A DNA stretch of 64,000 nt from Elusimicrobiota bacterium (GTDB lineage Bacteria > Elusimicrobiota > Elusimicrobia > F11): positions 160,001 through 224,000 of the forward strand of contig JBGAON010000002.1 in NCBI GenBank assembly GCA_044221725.1. The letters are read 5' to 3'. The position numbers and the translations under genes are program-made. Below, piece after piece: positions 24,814-34,473 of the stretch. Position 1 is the stretch's first letter, and every line of letters starts with the position of its first letter. Under the pieces are notes generated by a model. The model saw only the letters and a program-made list of their open reading frames with translations. It did not search any database and was not told the DNA's origin.

Positions 24814-27513
24814 ATGCCCAAGTTGTGTCTGTTTGATGCCAGTGGTTACATCCATCGAGCGTTTCACGCCATTCCGCCGCTCAACACGTCGAAAGGTGAG
24901 CCCGTGAACGCTGTGTACGGCTTTTCGCGCATGATCACGAAAGTGCTCAAGGAAGAAAAGCCCGAGTACATGGCGGTTTGCTTCGATACCGCCGCGCCCA
25001 CGTTCCGACACGAACAATTTGTTGATTACAAAGCCACGCGCGCCGAGATCGACTCCGCCCTTTTACCGCAGCTTCCGTTATCCGAACAGCTGGCCGTTGC
25101 GTGGGGCCTGCCGTGCGTAAAGAAAGACGGCTACGAAGCGGATGATGTGATCGCGACATTGGCTCTCCAGGGGCGCGACGCTGGCATGGATGTCCTCATC
25201 CTCAGTGGTGACAAAGATATTTTGCAGCTTGTTGAGAAAAATATTCATGTCCGCGATGAAATCAAGAAAGTCGAATACGATGAAACAAAAGTGTTTGAGC
25301 GTTATGGTTTTCGGCCGGACCAGATTGTCGACTATCTGTGTTTGCTGGGCGACAAAGTGGACAACGTGCCGGGCGTTCCAGGGGTTGGAGAAAAAACGGC
25401 GGCGAAACTGATCGTTGAACACGGTTCTCTCGAGGAAATTTACAAAGCAATCGATTCTAACTCGGCGTCCCTTAAAGAAAAGTTGCTAGCCAACAAAGAG
25501 CGTGTTTTTGGAAATCGGGATTTGATTCGATTAAAGACCGACGTCCCGCTCGAGAAGTCTTTGAGCGAGATGCAAATGATGACGCCCGATTCGCCGACGC
25601 TTTCGACATTGTTAACCCGCCTGGAATTTCGCGGCGGTCTTTACGGTGTTTCCGATGAGGTGGCGGAGCCCACGCTCAAAGAAAACAAAAGAAGAAAAGT
25701 CCATACCGTTTTGACGGAAGACCAGCTAGGTTTGTTGAAGGACAAGTTAGCGAAAGCCGACCGTGTGTCCTACGACTTGGAAACGGATGGTCTGAACAAG
25801 CGACTCTGCGGAATTGTGGGTGTTGCCATCTGTGTGGAAGAAAACGAATCGTGGTACATTCCGGTCGCCCACGCCTACATTGGTGCTCCGCAGCAGCTCC
25901 CGTGGAAAAAGATTTCCGACGTTATTAAGCCCGTTTTAGAAAACCCGAAGGTTCCGAAGTGTGGGCAAAACCTCAAATTTGATAATGCAATTCTTTCTTG
26001 CCAACAAATTAATGTTCAAGGACCAGCGTTCGATACGATGATCGCAGCCTATTGCATTGATCCCGGCCGTCTGAGCTTTGGTTTAAAGGACCTTGCGGCC
26101 GATTTCCTGCAAGAACGAATGACGCGGATCACGGAACTGTTCGGAAAGAAAGCACAGCCAAACTTTGCGGAAGTGCCGATCGAAAGCGCGGCGCCGTACG
26201 CCGCCGCGGACGCCGAAGTGGTGTTCCGCCTCGTCGACCTGTTCAATAAGAAGCTGGACACCGAGCACGCGCGCGCGTTGTTTGAAAATCTCGAAATGCC
26301 GCTCGTCGAAATCATCCAGGATATGGAAATGGCTGGGATTGCGATCAACCGGAAATACTTGGAAGGTATTCGGTCTGATTTTGAAAAGGAGCGGCTCGCG
26401 ATTGAAGCGGAGATTTACAAACTTGCGGGAGAAGAATTCGTATTAAATTCACCGAAGCAGCTGGCGCGGATTTTGTTTGAAAAACTGAAATTGCCGGCCA
26501 TTAAGAAGACGAAAACCGGCTACTCAACAGACGAAGACGTTCTCACGAAATTATCGAAGGACAACCCTATCTGCGAAAAGATTATTGGCGCGCGCGAGCT
26601 TGCCAAATTGATTTCAACCTATGTTGACTCGTTGCTGAACTTGGCCGATCCGAAGACCGGCCGCGTTCACACGTCATTTAATCAGACGGGCACCGTTACC
26701 GGGCGATTAAGCTCCACGGATCCCAATCTCCAAAATATTCCGGTTCGTACCGAACGCGGCCGCTTGATCCGCCGCGCGTTTGTGGCGGAGCCCGGAAATG
26801 TTTTGTTGTCGGCCGATTACAGCCAAGTGGATCTGCGGTCGCTCGCCCACATGTCGGAAGATCCGGTGCTGATTCGCACGTTCCAGGCGGGGGGAGATGT
26901 TCACACGGCCACCGCCGCCGAGATGTTTCATGTGGAGGCAAAAGACGTCACGACCGACATGCGCCGCAGCGCGAAAGCCATTAACTTTGGCATCGTGTAC
27001 GGCCAGCAGGCCTTTGCGCTCTCTCAAAGTCTTGGGATTCCGCTCGAGACCGCCAAAGAATTTATTGCGAAATATTTTGAGCGTTACGCGGGCGTGCGGG
27101 CTTGGATCGACAGGACATTGGCCGAGGCGCGAAAGAATCTTTATGTGACCACTCTCGCCGGTCGCCGTCGGCGCGTGGCCGACATCAATGCGTCAAACGC
27201 TTTCACGCGCGGTTTTGCGGAGCGCGTTGCCATGAATACTCCGATTCAAGGAACGTCGGCGGACATTATTAAGTTTGCGATGATTCGCATCTTCGATGAT
27301 CTCAAGAAAAAGAAGTTGAAGACACGTATGTTGTTGCAGGTTCACGATGAACTTCTGTTTGAATGCCCGAAGAGCGAGTTGTCCGAAGCGGCAGCGCTCA
27401 TCCGTGCGGGAATGGAAAACGCATTTATGCTCAAGGTGCCTCTCGTGGCGGAAATGAAGATTGGCGAGAATTGGAACGACATGGAAAAAATGAAACAAGC
27501 GGTGGCCGCATGA
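24814..27513 (+). CDS. polA: DNA polymerase I (5'-3' exo, 3'-5' exo, polymerase)
   Basis: YEADDVIATL, SGDKD, DNVPGVPGVGEKTA, DLET, TGRLSSTDPNLQNIP, DYSQVDLR, KAINFGIVYG, QVHDEL. Confidence 0.97.
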   Translation: MPKLCLFDASGYIHRAFHAIPPLNTSKGEPVNAVYGFSRMITKVLKEEKPEYMAVCFDTAAPTFRHEQFVDYKATRAEIDSALLPQLPLSEQLAVAWGLPCVKKDGYEADDVIATLALQGRDAGMDVLILSGDKDILQLVEKNIHVRDEIKKVEYDETKVFERYGFRPDQIVDYLCLLGDKVDNVPGVPGVGEKTAAKLIVEHGSLEEIYKAIDSNSASLKEKLLANKERVFGNRDLIRLKTDVPLEKSLSEMQMMTPDSPTLSTLLTRLEFRGGLYGVSDEVAEPTLKENKRRKVHTVLTEDQLGLLKDKLAKADRVSYDLETDGLNKRLCGIVGVAICVEENESWYIPVAHAYIGAPQQLPWKKISDVIKPVLENPKVPKCGQNLKFDNAILSCQQINVQGPAFDTMIAAYCIDPGRLSFGLKDLAADFLQERMTRITELFGKKAQPNFAEVPIESAAPYAAADAEVVFRLVDLFNKKLDTEHARALFENLEMPLVEIIQDMEMAGIAINRKYLEGIRSDFEKERLAIEAEIYKLAGEEFVLNSPKQLARILFEKLKLPAIKKTKTGYSTDEDVLTKLSKDNPICEKIIGARELAKLISTYVDSLLNLADPKTGRVHTSFNQTGTVTGRLSSTDPNLQNIPVRTERGRLIRRAFVAEPGNVLLSADYSQVDLRSLAHMSEDPVLIRTFQAGGDVHTATAAEMFHVEAKDVTTDMRRSAKAINFGIVYGQQAFALSQSLGIPLETAKEFIAKYFERYAGVRAWIDRTLAEARKNLYVTTLAGRRRRVADINASNAFTRGFAERVAMNTPIQGTSADIIKFAMIRIFDDLKKKKLKTRMLLQVHDELLFECPKSELSEAAALIRAGMENAFMLKVPLVAEMKIGENWNDMEKMKQAVAA

Positions 27514-28319
27514 GTGTTTTCCGCGGAGCGAATCCGTTCGATCAACTCACGCCCGGCGTAAAAGGGCTCGTCATCGCGAATGTGGCGGTATTTCTGCTGC
27601 AGATGGTGTTCCGCGGAATGCTCGAGCCCGTGTTAGGCCTTACGCCGGTGTTGGTTGTTACGAAGTATTGGGTTTGGCAGATTCTTACGTACGCTTTTCT
27701 GCATGGCAACGGATGGCATTTGTTTTTCAATATGTTTGCGTTGTGGATGTTTGCGCCGCATGTCGAAGCGAATTTCGGGACAAAGCCGTTTCTTAAATAT
27801 TATTTTCTGTGCGCGTTCGGCGCCGCGTTTTTTCAATTTTTGCTGGCCCCGACGTCGCTCGTGATCGGCGCTTCGGGTGCGATCTACGGTTTGTTGCTGG
27901 CGTTTGGTTTTATGTTCCCTGATGCTGTGATCTATTTGTTCTTCGTGTTTCCGTTGCGAGCAATTCAAGCGGTGATGTTCATTGCGCTATTGACGCTCGT
28001 TTCGGCCATGAGCACCGGGGGCGAACGCATCGCGAACTTTGCGCACTTGGGCGGAATGGTGACCGGATTTATTTATTTTAAGGCGCCGCAGTGGTTTCGA
28101 AACCTGCGCTTGTGGCAAGCGGATCGCCGCTTTCGCAATCCGTTGGGCCGTCGATCAAAAGCCCGCACGCCGATCACCGAATTTGTTGTTCATGATCCTG
28201 CCGATGACATGATTAAAGAAGTGGACCGGATTCTTGAGAAGATCTCCGCACAAGGCGTGGACAGCTTGACCAAAGAAGAACACGAAACGATGCGCAAATA
28301 TTCGGAACGTAAGAAGTGA
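27510..28319 (+). CDS. Rhomboid intramembrane serine protease with C-terminal helical (DUF6576-like) tail
   Basis: HLFFNM, GASGA, AHLGG; VDRILEKISAQG.DSLT.EE tail; ATG overlapping the polA stop. Confidence 0.9.
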   Translation: MSVFRGANPFDQLTPGVKGLVIANVAVFLLQMVFRGMLEPVLGLTPVLVVTKYWVWQILTYAFLHGNGWHLFFNMFALWMFAPHVEANFGTKPFLKYYFLCAFGAAFFQFLLAPTSLVIGASGAIYGLLLAFGFMFPDAVIYLFFVFPLRAIQAVMFIALLTLVSAMSTGGERIANFAHLGGMVTGFIYFKAPQWFRNLRLWQADRRFRNPLGRRSKARTPITEFVVHDPADDMIKEVDRILEKISAQGVDSLTKEEHETMRKYSERKK

Positions 28320-28951
28320 GTGTCGTTTCGAAAGCCGTTCGACGAAAAGTTTTTGAGAATTGGAAGTTGGTGTTGGGACTCACCGGTGGTATCGGCAGTG
28401 GAAAGTCAACGGTTCTCGCAATGTTTAAGGACAAAGGTGCGTTTACGTTGGACGCCGATCGGATTGTCCATGATTTGCTTGAGAAAAATCGATTGGTGAG
28501 ACACGCCATCAAACAAAGGTTTGGTACCTCTGTTTTTGATGCCGCCGGAGTTTTGAACAAGCGCGAGCTCGCATCGGTGGTGTTTGATTCGAAAGCGAAA
28601 CGCCGGACGTTGGAAGCCATTTTGCATCCGCGGGTGCGCGCAGCGATGTGGAACGCGCTCGTGGAGCGCCGCGGCAATGTTGCGGTTCTCGATATTCCGC
28701 TTTTGTATGAATCGAAGTGGCAAGCCGATCTTGATGGCGTTATCGTTGTAGATGCATCGCTCAAAAAACGAGTGGCTCGACTGGTAAAGAAAGGCTTCTC
28801 CGTATCGGAAGCAGCGAAGCGCATTCGCGCACAAATGAATTTGGATGAAAAGGTCCGTTTGGCCGATTTTGTTATCGACAACAACGGAACGATCATCAAC
28901 ACAAAAACACAAGTGAACACAATTTGGAACTCACTTCACGGAGGCTCGTAA
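28316..28951 (+). CDS. coaE: Dephospho-CoA kinase
   Basis: [32 protein letters not shown]. Confidence 0.95.
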   Translation: MSVVSKAVRRKVFENWKLVLGLTGGIGSGKSTVLAMFKDKGAFTLDADRIVHDLLEKNRLVRHAIKQRFGTSVFDAAGVLNKRELASVVFDSKAKRRTLEAILHPRVRAAMWNALVERRGNVAVLDIPLLYESKWQADLDGVIVVDASLKKRVARLVKKGFSVSEAAKRIRAQMNLDEKVRLADFVIDNNGTIINTKTQVNTIWNSLHGGS

Positions 28952-30351
28952 TGGAATCGCAGCAGGAACAAAAAGATAAGGAATCAACACACGACGCAAA
29001 AAAAGGGGAAACCGCGACGAACGTAACGGCCACCCCCGCCGCTCCCGCGACGCCACCCCAACAAGTAAACACCACGCTTCAAGACGCGAAAAATCATCTT
29101 GATGCGGCCGTGCTCGCGAAGATGCATTTGGGGGAGCTCATTAAGATTGCACACGACGCAAAAGTGGAAAACGTCGCCGGGCTCCGCAAACAGGCTCTGA
29201 TTGCGCGCATTCTCGAAGCGCGCGCTAAAGATACCGGAATTATTCTTGGCGAAGGTGTGCTGGAGATTTTGCCCGACGGTTTCGGTTTCCTCCGGTCGCC
29301 CGAATACAATTATCTTCCCGGCCCGGACGATATTTATGTTTCACCATCGCAGATTAAAAAGTTTGCTTTGCGCAAAGGCGATACCGTCGCCGGGCAAGTG
29401 CGCCCGCCGAAAGATCAGGAACGATTTTTTGCGCTGCTGCAAGTTCGACACGTGAACCAGGAAGCCGTCGAGAAACTTCGTTCGCGTCAATTGTTCGATA
29501 ATTTGACGCCGTTGTACGCGCAGAAACGCATTCGTCTAGAAACGAAGAAAGAAGACCTCAATACGCGCGTGCTCGATCTGATTGCTCCGATCGGTATGGG
29601 TCAACGCGGCGTCATTGTCGCTCCACCGCGAACCGGTAAAACCATTTTTCTTCAGAAAATGGCGAACGCGGTGACCACAAATTTTCCGGACACGGTTCTC
29701 ATTGTGCTGTTGATCGACGAGCGCCCCGAAGAAGTGACAGACATGCAACGCTCCGTGAAAGGGGAAGTCATTTCCTCAACGTTCGATGAGCCCGCCGACC
29801 GTCACGTTCAGGTTGCCGAAATGGTCATCGAGAAAGCAAAACGGCTCGTCGAAATGAAAAAAGATGTGGTGATCTTGCTCGACTCGATCACGCGTCTCGC
29901 GCGTGCTTACAACACGGTCACACCGTCCAGCGGTCGCGTGTTGTCCGGCGGGTTGGACTCCAACGCGCTGCAACGTCCGAAGCGTTTCTTTGGCGCTGCT
30001 CGCAACATTGAGGAAGGCGGAAGTTTGACCATTCTTGCCACCGCGCTTGTTGAAACCGGTTCCCGTATGGACGACGTTATCTTTGAAGAATTCAAAGGTA
30101 CGGGTAACATGGAAGTGTACTTGGACCGGAAGTTGGCGGATCGCCGCATCTTCCCAGCGATCGACATTACGCGCTCGGGAACGCGCAAAGAAGAGTTGCT
30201 GCTCACGCCGGAGGAACTTAACAAGGTTTGGATTCTGCGCAAAGTCCTGTCGTCACTCAATCCGATCGAGGCGATGGAATTGTTGCTTGAGAAACTGAGC
30301 GCCACCAAGTCCAATAAAGACTTCTTGAAGTCGATGGAAGTTTCGGGCTAG
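28951..30351 (+). CDS. rho: Transcription termination factor Rho
   Basis: [57 protein letters not shown]-terminal extension. Confidence 0.98.
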   Translation: MESQQEQKDKESTHDAKKGETATNVTATPAAPATPPQQVNTTLQDAKNHLDAAVLAKMHLGELIKIAHDAKVENVAGLRKQALIARILEARAKDTGIILGEGVLEILPDGFGFLRSPEYNYLPGPDDIYVSPSQIKKFALRKGDTVAGQVRPPKDQERFFALLQVRHVNQEAVEKLRSRQLFDNLTPLYAQKRIRLETKKEDLNTRVLDLIAPIGMGQRGVIVAPPRTGKTIFLQKMANAVTTNFPDTVLIVLLIDERPEEVTDMQRSVKGEVISSTFDEPADRHVQVAEMVIEKAKRLVEMKKDVVILLDSITRLARAYNTVTPSSGRVLSGGLDSNALQRPKRFFGAARNIEEGGSLTILATALVETGSRMDDVIFEEFKGTGNMEVYLDRKLADRRIFPAIDITRSGTRKEELLLTPEELNKVWILRKVLSSLNPIEAMELLLEKLSATKSNKDFLKSMEVSG

Positions 30352-30362
30352 CTGGAGACGTT

Positions 30363-33300
30363 TTATCCGGCGCTGCCGACGGTGCGGAGGTCGGGCGTCG
30401 GCGCGTACGGAGTTGCCGGCGCTGGTGTCTCGGTCGCTGGTAGCGGAGTTTCCAGTATCAGTTCGATTTCCTCCGCTGGGACGAGTTCAACCTCGGGTGG
30501 CAGATTATCAACCAGCCCAGGTGGTTGCGAACCTCGTTTGAATTCGCGCATCGCGCGCAGTGCTTCTTTAACATTCCTGCCGTTGTAGGTATCGACGAAA
30601 AGTCGAAACTTCTTGGGCAATGTTTGCTCCGGATTGTCCGGATCTTTCACGGTCACGTTGTATTCCATGCGAACACCATTTTCGAGAAGCCGCGCTTTCG
30701 TTCGATCAACGACCGCTCTTTCAAGTTTGGCAGTGGGACCGAACACAAAAAATGTAGAGCCGCGCGTGTGATAGAACTCGAAGCTTTCTCGTGGAAGTCC
30801 TTCTTCTGACGCTACTTCATCAATGGCTTCTCGAATCGATCGGCCGAATGTTTTGATCAATTCGGTTCCGGCCGCCTGAAGGCCTGGTGCGTGTTTGTTC
30901 ACGAGTCCAAAATTTATCAAGTCGATGATCGTGCAAGGCTGGTCGTCTTTCTTTTTTAACTTCAAGTAAAGCGCCTTAAATCCCTTGGCTCCTGGCACAA
31001 GTTCGTCTTCCATGGCCATTTTCATGTTGCCGTCCGCGTCCCGAAGGATTTCGTGATATTCCGGAAGAATCAGTTTAACCATGGCCAACCGTAGGCGCTC
31101 CAGTGGTGTGTCGGCCCGAAGATCGTGATCCGCTGAATCGTCTGGCGCGGCGGGCGTTTGGAATTTATGAAAATCGGCGTTTAACTTTCTTAAGCGAGGC
31201 TCGTTCGAGCTGGACATGAATTCCGTCGGCATGCGGTTTTTGCGGATGGCCTTTCGTTGGACGGCGCTTTGGTTTGCTTCAAGATCCGTTTTTCCAATGC
31301 CACCGCTTATAGAAACATAAAACTTCTCTTTGAATTGGCCGTCGGAATGCAGAGCGTGAAATTCATGGACACCGAACGCCGATTCCGTCACCGTTAAGAT
31401 ATTCTCAGAATCGTTTTTGTGGCAAACGATGGCGAACTCGTCGCCGCCAATACGAAAAATGTACGGTTGGATGGGGCGGTTCGGATTTACGTGGCGCGCG
31501 TGTCGAAGCGCCACGCCGATTTTTTTTATTAAGAGGTCGCCTTCGTCCCACCCGCGCTCCGTCTCGTTGTTTACGCGTTTGAAGTTGTTTGCATCGTAGA
31601 TGATAACGCGGGTATCGTTGCCGAACGGTTGTTTGCGCAGGATCGTTTGATAGGCCTGAGCGTTACCGAGCCCGGTGTCGGGATCGGTGGTGGCAAAACG
31701 CAGCCACTCATCGCGTCGGTTCGTGGCAAGCTCCAATCGGAACGTCATATCCGGGTAGAAAACTTGCACCACCCATGCGCGGAACCATTCGGGCAGGATC
31801 GCGCGATTTTCTCCTTTCTGCTCGGGCATGAACAGAAATGAGGAAACATCGAGCAGCGCATGGCCTATGGCGGCTGTGATAATAACAGCGCCCGCGTTGA
31901 CTCCAATATTCGATAGCACAACGGCCAATCCGAACGGAATCGCCGAAATGACGGAAGATGAAAAGAAGAACAACCAGAACAGTCGCGAGCGCATCAGCGA
32001 ATAGTGTCGCGGCAAAAAAGAACGGTATGCGATGGCGTTGAGAACCGATATGCGAAAAATATTAGCGGTGTTGATGAGCGTCCAGACGAGCAGTGCTACC
32101 GGCACGCCGACCGTGGCGGAGAAATTGTTTAGCTGAAGAGCCAAAAACGTGCCGAGCGCCGCAACGTAAGAAAAATAAAAAATACGCCAACCCCATGTAT
32201 TCGAATCCAGCGGTCGCACGGAAACAGTGACAAGCGCTTGTTTGCGCGAACTCCATCGGAACACGCCGCCGAGATGAAGCAGCGTAAGGGCGGCCCATGC
32301 TGCGTATGTGAGGAGCGTCGAGAAGTTGTTCTCTTTGGCGAGAGCCGCGAGCTTGCCGTTTATTGCTCCTTCAATGAGACCCGCTGCCGCAAGAACAACA
32401 ATTCCAGCAATGACATCAATGCCCCGTTTCGATAGCAGTGGTTTTCCGTCGTAACGAATGGCCTTAAGAACGCGGCGCGCAAACAACAGCGGATACTGGA
32501 ACAAGGCGGCCGCTGCCGCCGGCGTAACGACCGCTGGGGCGAGTGTGTGGGGTTGCTCTGCGTTGCCCAATTCATCCGCCAGCAACGCCTCCGTGGTGGC
32601 TTGGGCAAGGGGGAAATCGGTGCCCACCGCCGCCACGCGCGCATCGCTCAAGTATTGCTTTCCCCGGAAAAAGTAAGTGTTGAAATCCGTTGCACCGCTA
32701 TCAAAGGCCGACAGGTAGGCGGTTGGAGATAATTTTTCGGTGATGTTTGAAACCTTTGGCGCTAAGACGGTCGTTATGATCCCGCGTTCCCGCAGCAGTT
32801 TGACGAGGTGCGGCGTGTGAAATCCGCCGGCCACAAGAGCGGCCGTGTTTCCGGCGGTATTCGTTCGAAGAAGGTTTTCAAGCATCTGTTCACTGCGGCG
32901 GTCCGCGAAGCGATAAAAATCTTCGAAATTGGTGAACTGGGCGGGCTCTGTTCGCAATGCTTTGTATTGGCCCCATTCTCGCGGGGTGAGCTCAAAGCGA
33001 ATGAGTTTTTCGATCAGATAAAGACGATCGCCCTGAGCGAGCAGCGCGCGCTGTTCGTCTGTTTTCGACAATGCGTTCATCGCCGTGCGCTCGATGGTGT
33101 CCGATTCCATAAACAGGGCCTCAATGTCGACGGAATTTATTATCTGCAGGTAATGTCGGTAAATTCCCTGCGCGGGACGCCGAGCGTCAAGAAGACTTTT
33201 TACGTGCTCCTCCAATTCCGAGGCCATCACGAATCGTCGAAGATTGTTACTTTGCGTCTTTGTCAGTCGAGCAAGCGTCTTTAAATACTCACCAAATGAA

Positions 33301-33866
33301 ATTTCACCGGCTCGGTATCGCTCGCGAAGATCATCAAATCGTCTGAGGGCTCCATGAAACGTCGCTTTTTTGTTCAGGAAAAGCAGTTCGCGTTCGATGG
33401 CCAATTTCCTTAATGCGTTTGGTTGTTGGCGTTTCGCTTTCATGTACGCGTTCACGTTGCGCCCGTAGCTTTCTTGGTCGTCCACGCCCACGGTGCGGAC
33501 GGCGCTTTTCTCTCGGGTGATGCCGACGTAGGTGGGGGCTGAGATTCGATTGGCTTTCAGAAATTTTTCGGCGGATACCAATCGATTGGTTCTTGGAAAA
33601 GCACGAAACGCATTGAAATCAAACGGACCGAAAGCGCCTTCAACGCCGACCAGTTTAATGCTTTTGTCGTCGGCTAGCTTGTTTAGTATCGATGCGATTT
33701 CTTTTTGGGCGACCGCGTTTCTGTGAATGTCGCGTATCAAATAAATATGGAGCTGCCCGCGTGGGCTGCTCGTCGCATCGGATGCCGCGATCAAAGCAGG
33801 TTCAACCGCCAAAATAAGGCCCAGGGTTGCCGCCACCGCCCCTCGAAAATACGCGTATATCTTCAC
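30363..33866 (-). CDS. Large membrane signalling protein: signal peptide + TraB/Tiki/EreA/ChaN-like domain + TM bundle + GGDEF (intact) + GGDEF (degenerate)
   Basis: RDIH, VGVEGAFG, DRRSEQMLENL, AGGFHT; multiple hydrophobic segments; DPDTGLGN..YDANNFKRVN..GD..FRIGGDEF (31434-31448); second copy IIDLINFGLVN..TRGSTF. Confidence 0.88.
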   Translation of the reverse strand: MKIYAYFRGAVAATLGLILAVEPALIAASDATSSPRGQLHIYLIRDIHRNAVAQKEIASILNKLADDKSIKLVGVEGAFGPFDFNAFRAFPRTNRLVSAEKFLKANRISAPTYVGITREKSAVRTVGVDDQESYGRNVNAYMKAKRQQPNALRKLAIERELLFLNKKATFHGALRRFDDLRERYRAGEISFGEYLKTLARLTKTQSNNLRRFVMASELEEHVKSLLDARRPAQGIYRHYLQIINSVDIEALFMESDTIERTAMNALSKTDEQRALLAQGDRLYLIEKLIRFELTPREWGQYKALRTEPAQFTNFEDFYRFADRRSEQMLENLLRTNTAGNTAALVAGGFHTPHLVKLLRERGIITTVLAPKVSNITEKLSPTAYLSAFDSGATDFNTYFFRGKQYLSDARVAAVGTDFPLAQATTEALLADELGNAEQPHTLAPAVVTPAAAAALFQYPLLFARRVLKAIRYDGKPLLSKRGIDVIAGIVVLAAAGLIEGAINGKLAALAKENNFSTLLTYAAWAALTLLHLGGVFRWSSRKQALVTVSVRPLDSNTWGWRIFYFSYVAALGTFLALQLNNFSATVGVPVALLVWTLINTANIFRISVLNAIAYRSFLPRHYSLMRSRLFWLFFFSSSVISAIPFGLAVVLSNIGVNAGAVIITAAIGHALLDVSSFLFMPEQKGENRAILPEWFRAWVVQVFYPDMTFRLELATNRRDEWLRFATTDPDTGLGNAQAYQTILRKQPFGNDTRVIIYDANNFKRVNNETERGWDEGDLLIKKIGVALRHARHVNPNRPIQPYIFRIGGDEFAIVCHKNDSENILTVTESAFGVHEFHALHSDGQFKEKFYVSISGGIGKTDLEANQSAVQRKAIRKNRMPTEFMSSSNEPRLRKLNADFHKFQTPAAPDDSADHDLRADTPLERLRLAMVKLILPEYHEILRDADGNMKMAMEDELVPGAKGFKALYLKLKKKDDQPCTIIDLINFGLVNKHAPGLQAAGTELIKTFGRSIREAIDEVASEEGLPRESFEFYHTRGSTFFVFGPTAKLERAVVDRTKARLLENGVRMEYNVTVKDPDNPEQTLPKKFRLFVDTYNGRNVKEALRAMREFKRGSQPPGLVDNLPPEVELVPAEEIELILETPLPATETPAPATPYAPTPDLRTVGSAG

Positions 33867-34011
33867 AAAATTATTCTAATTTTAAAGGATTAACCCGGCC
33901 TTAATTGTGTGTAAAAAATTTGTAACAGATCGACGGAAAACGCGTTATTTTTGAGTTCTTCAAAAAAACATTTGGCATTCGACGAAAAATTGCTATATAG
34001 CTGCTCTTCTT

Positions 34012-34332
34012 ATGCAGACAGCTATACATCCAAAATACGAAGTTGCCACAGTTCGATGCGCGTGCGGGAACGAGTTTACGACCCGCTCGACGGTATCGTT
34101 GATCAAAGTGGACATTTGTTCGAACTGCCATCCGTTTTTCACGGGTCAACAAAAATTGGTGGACGCTGCCGGTCGCGTTGAGCGATTTGGCAAACGTTTC
34201 GCCAAGACCGATGGGAAAACCGTGGTTCGCAAAGCTCAGGTTCAAAAGAAGATCGCGAAAGCCCTTCCAAAAACCTCCGGCAAAAAAGTTCTCACCTCCA
34301 CTCCAGTCGCGAAAAAGAAAAAAGACCATTAG
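34012..34332 (+). CDS. rpmE: 50S ribosomal protein L31 (Zn type) with Lys-rich C-terminal extension
   Basis: [27 protein letters not shown]. Confidence 0.95.
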   Translation: MQTAIHPKYEVATVRCACGNEFTTRSTVSLIKVDICSNCHPFFTGQQKLVDAAGRVERFGKRFAKTDGKTVVRKAQVQKKIAKALPKTSGKKVLTSTPVAKKKKDH

Positions 34333-34372
34333 GTGTCTCGTCACCTCGGCAATGTTTTTGCCCTGGGAAGCT

Positions 34373-34451
34373 GTCATCCTGGTATGTCGTTAGCCAGGAT
34401 CCAATTTTCCTAGACAAAAATGGGCCCTGGATAGAGACATTCCAGGGCGAC
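34373..34451. repeat. REP-like palindromic dimer
   Basis: GTCATCCTGG-N11-CCAGGATCCA-N17-TGGGCCCTGGA-N9-TCCAGGGCGAC. Confidence 0.7.
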
Positions 34452-34473
34452 GCCGTGGCGACAATCCTCCGCC

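Noticed and set aside
34333..34473. tRNA or riboswitch in the rpmE-prfA spacer
   Set aside because: No cloverleaf, T-loop or recognisable aptamer; the structure is explained by a REP-like dimer.
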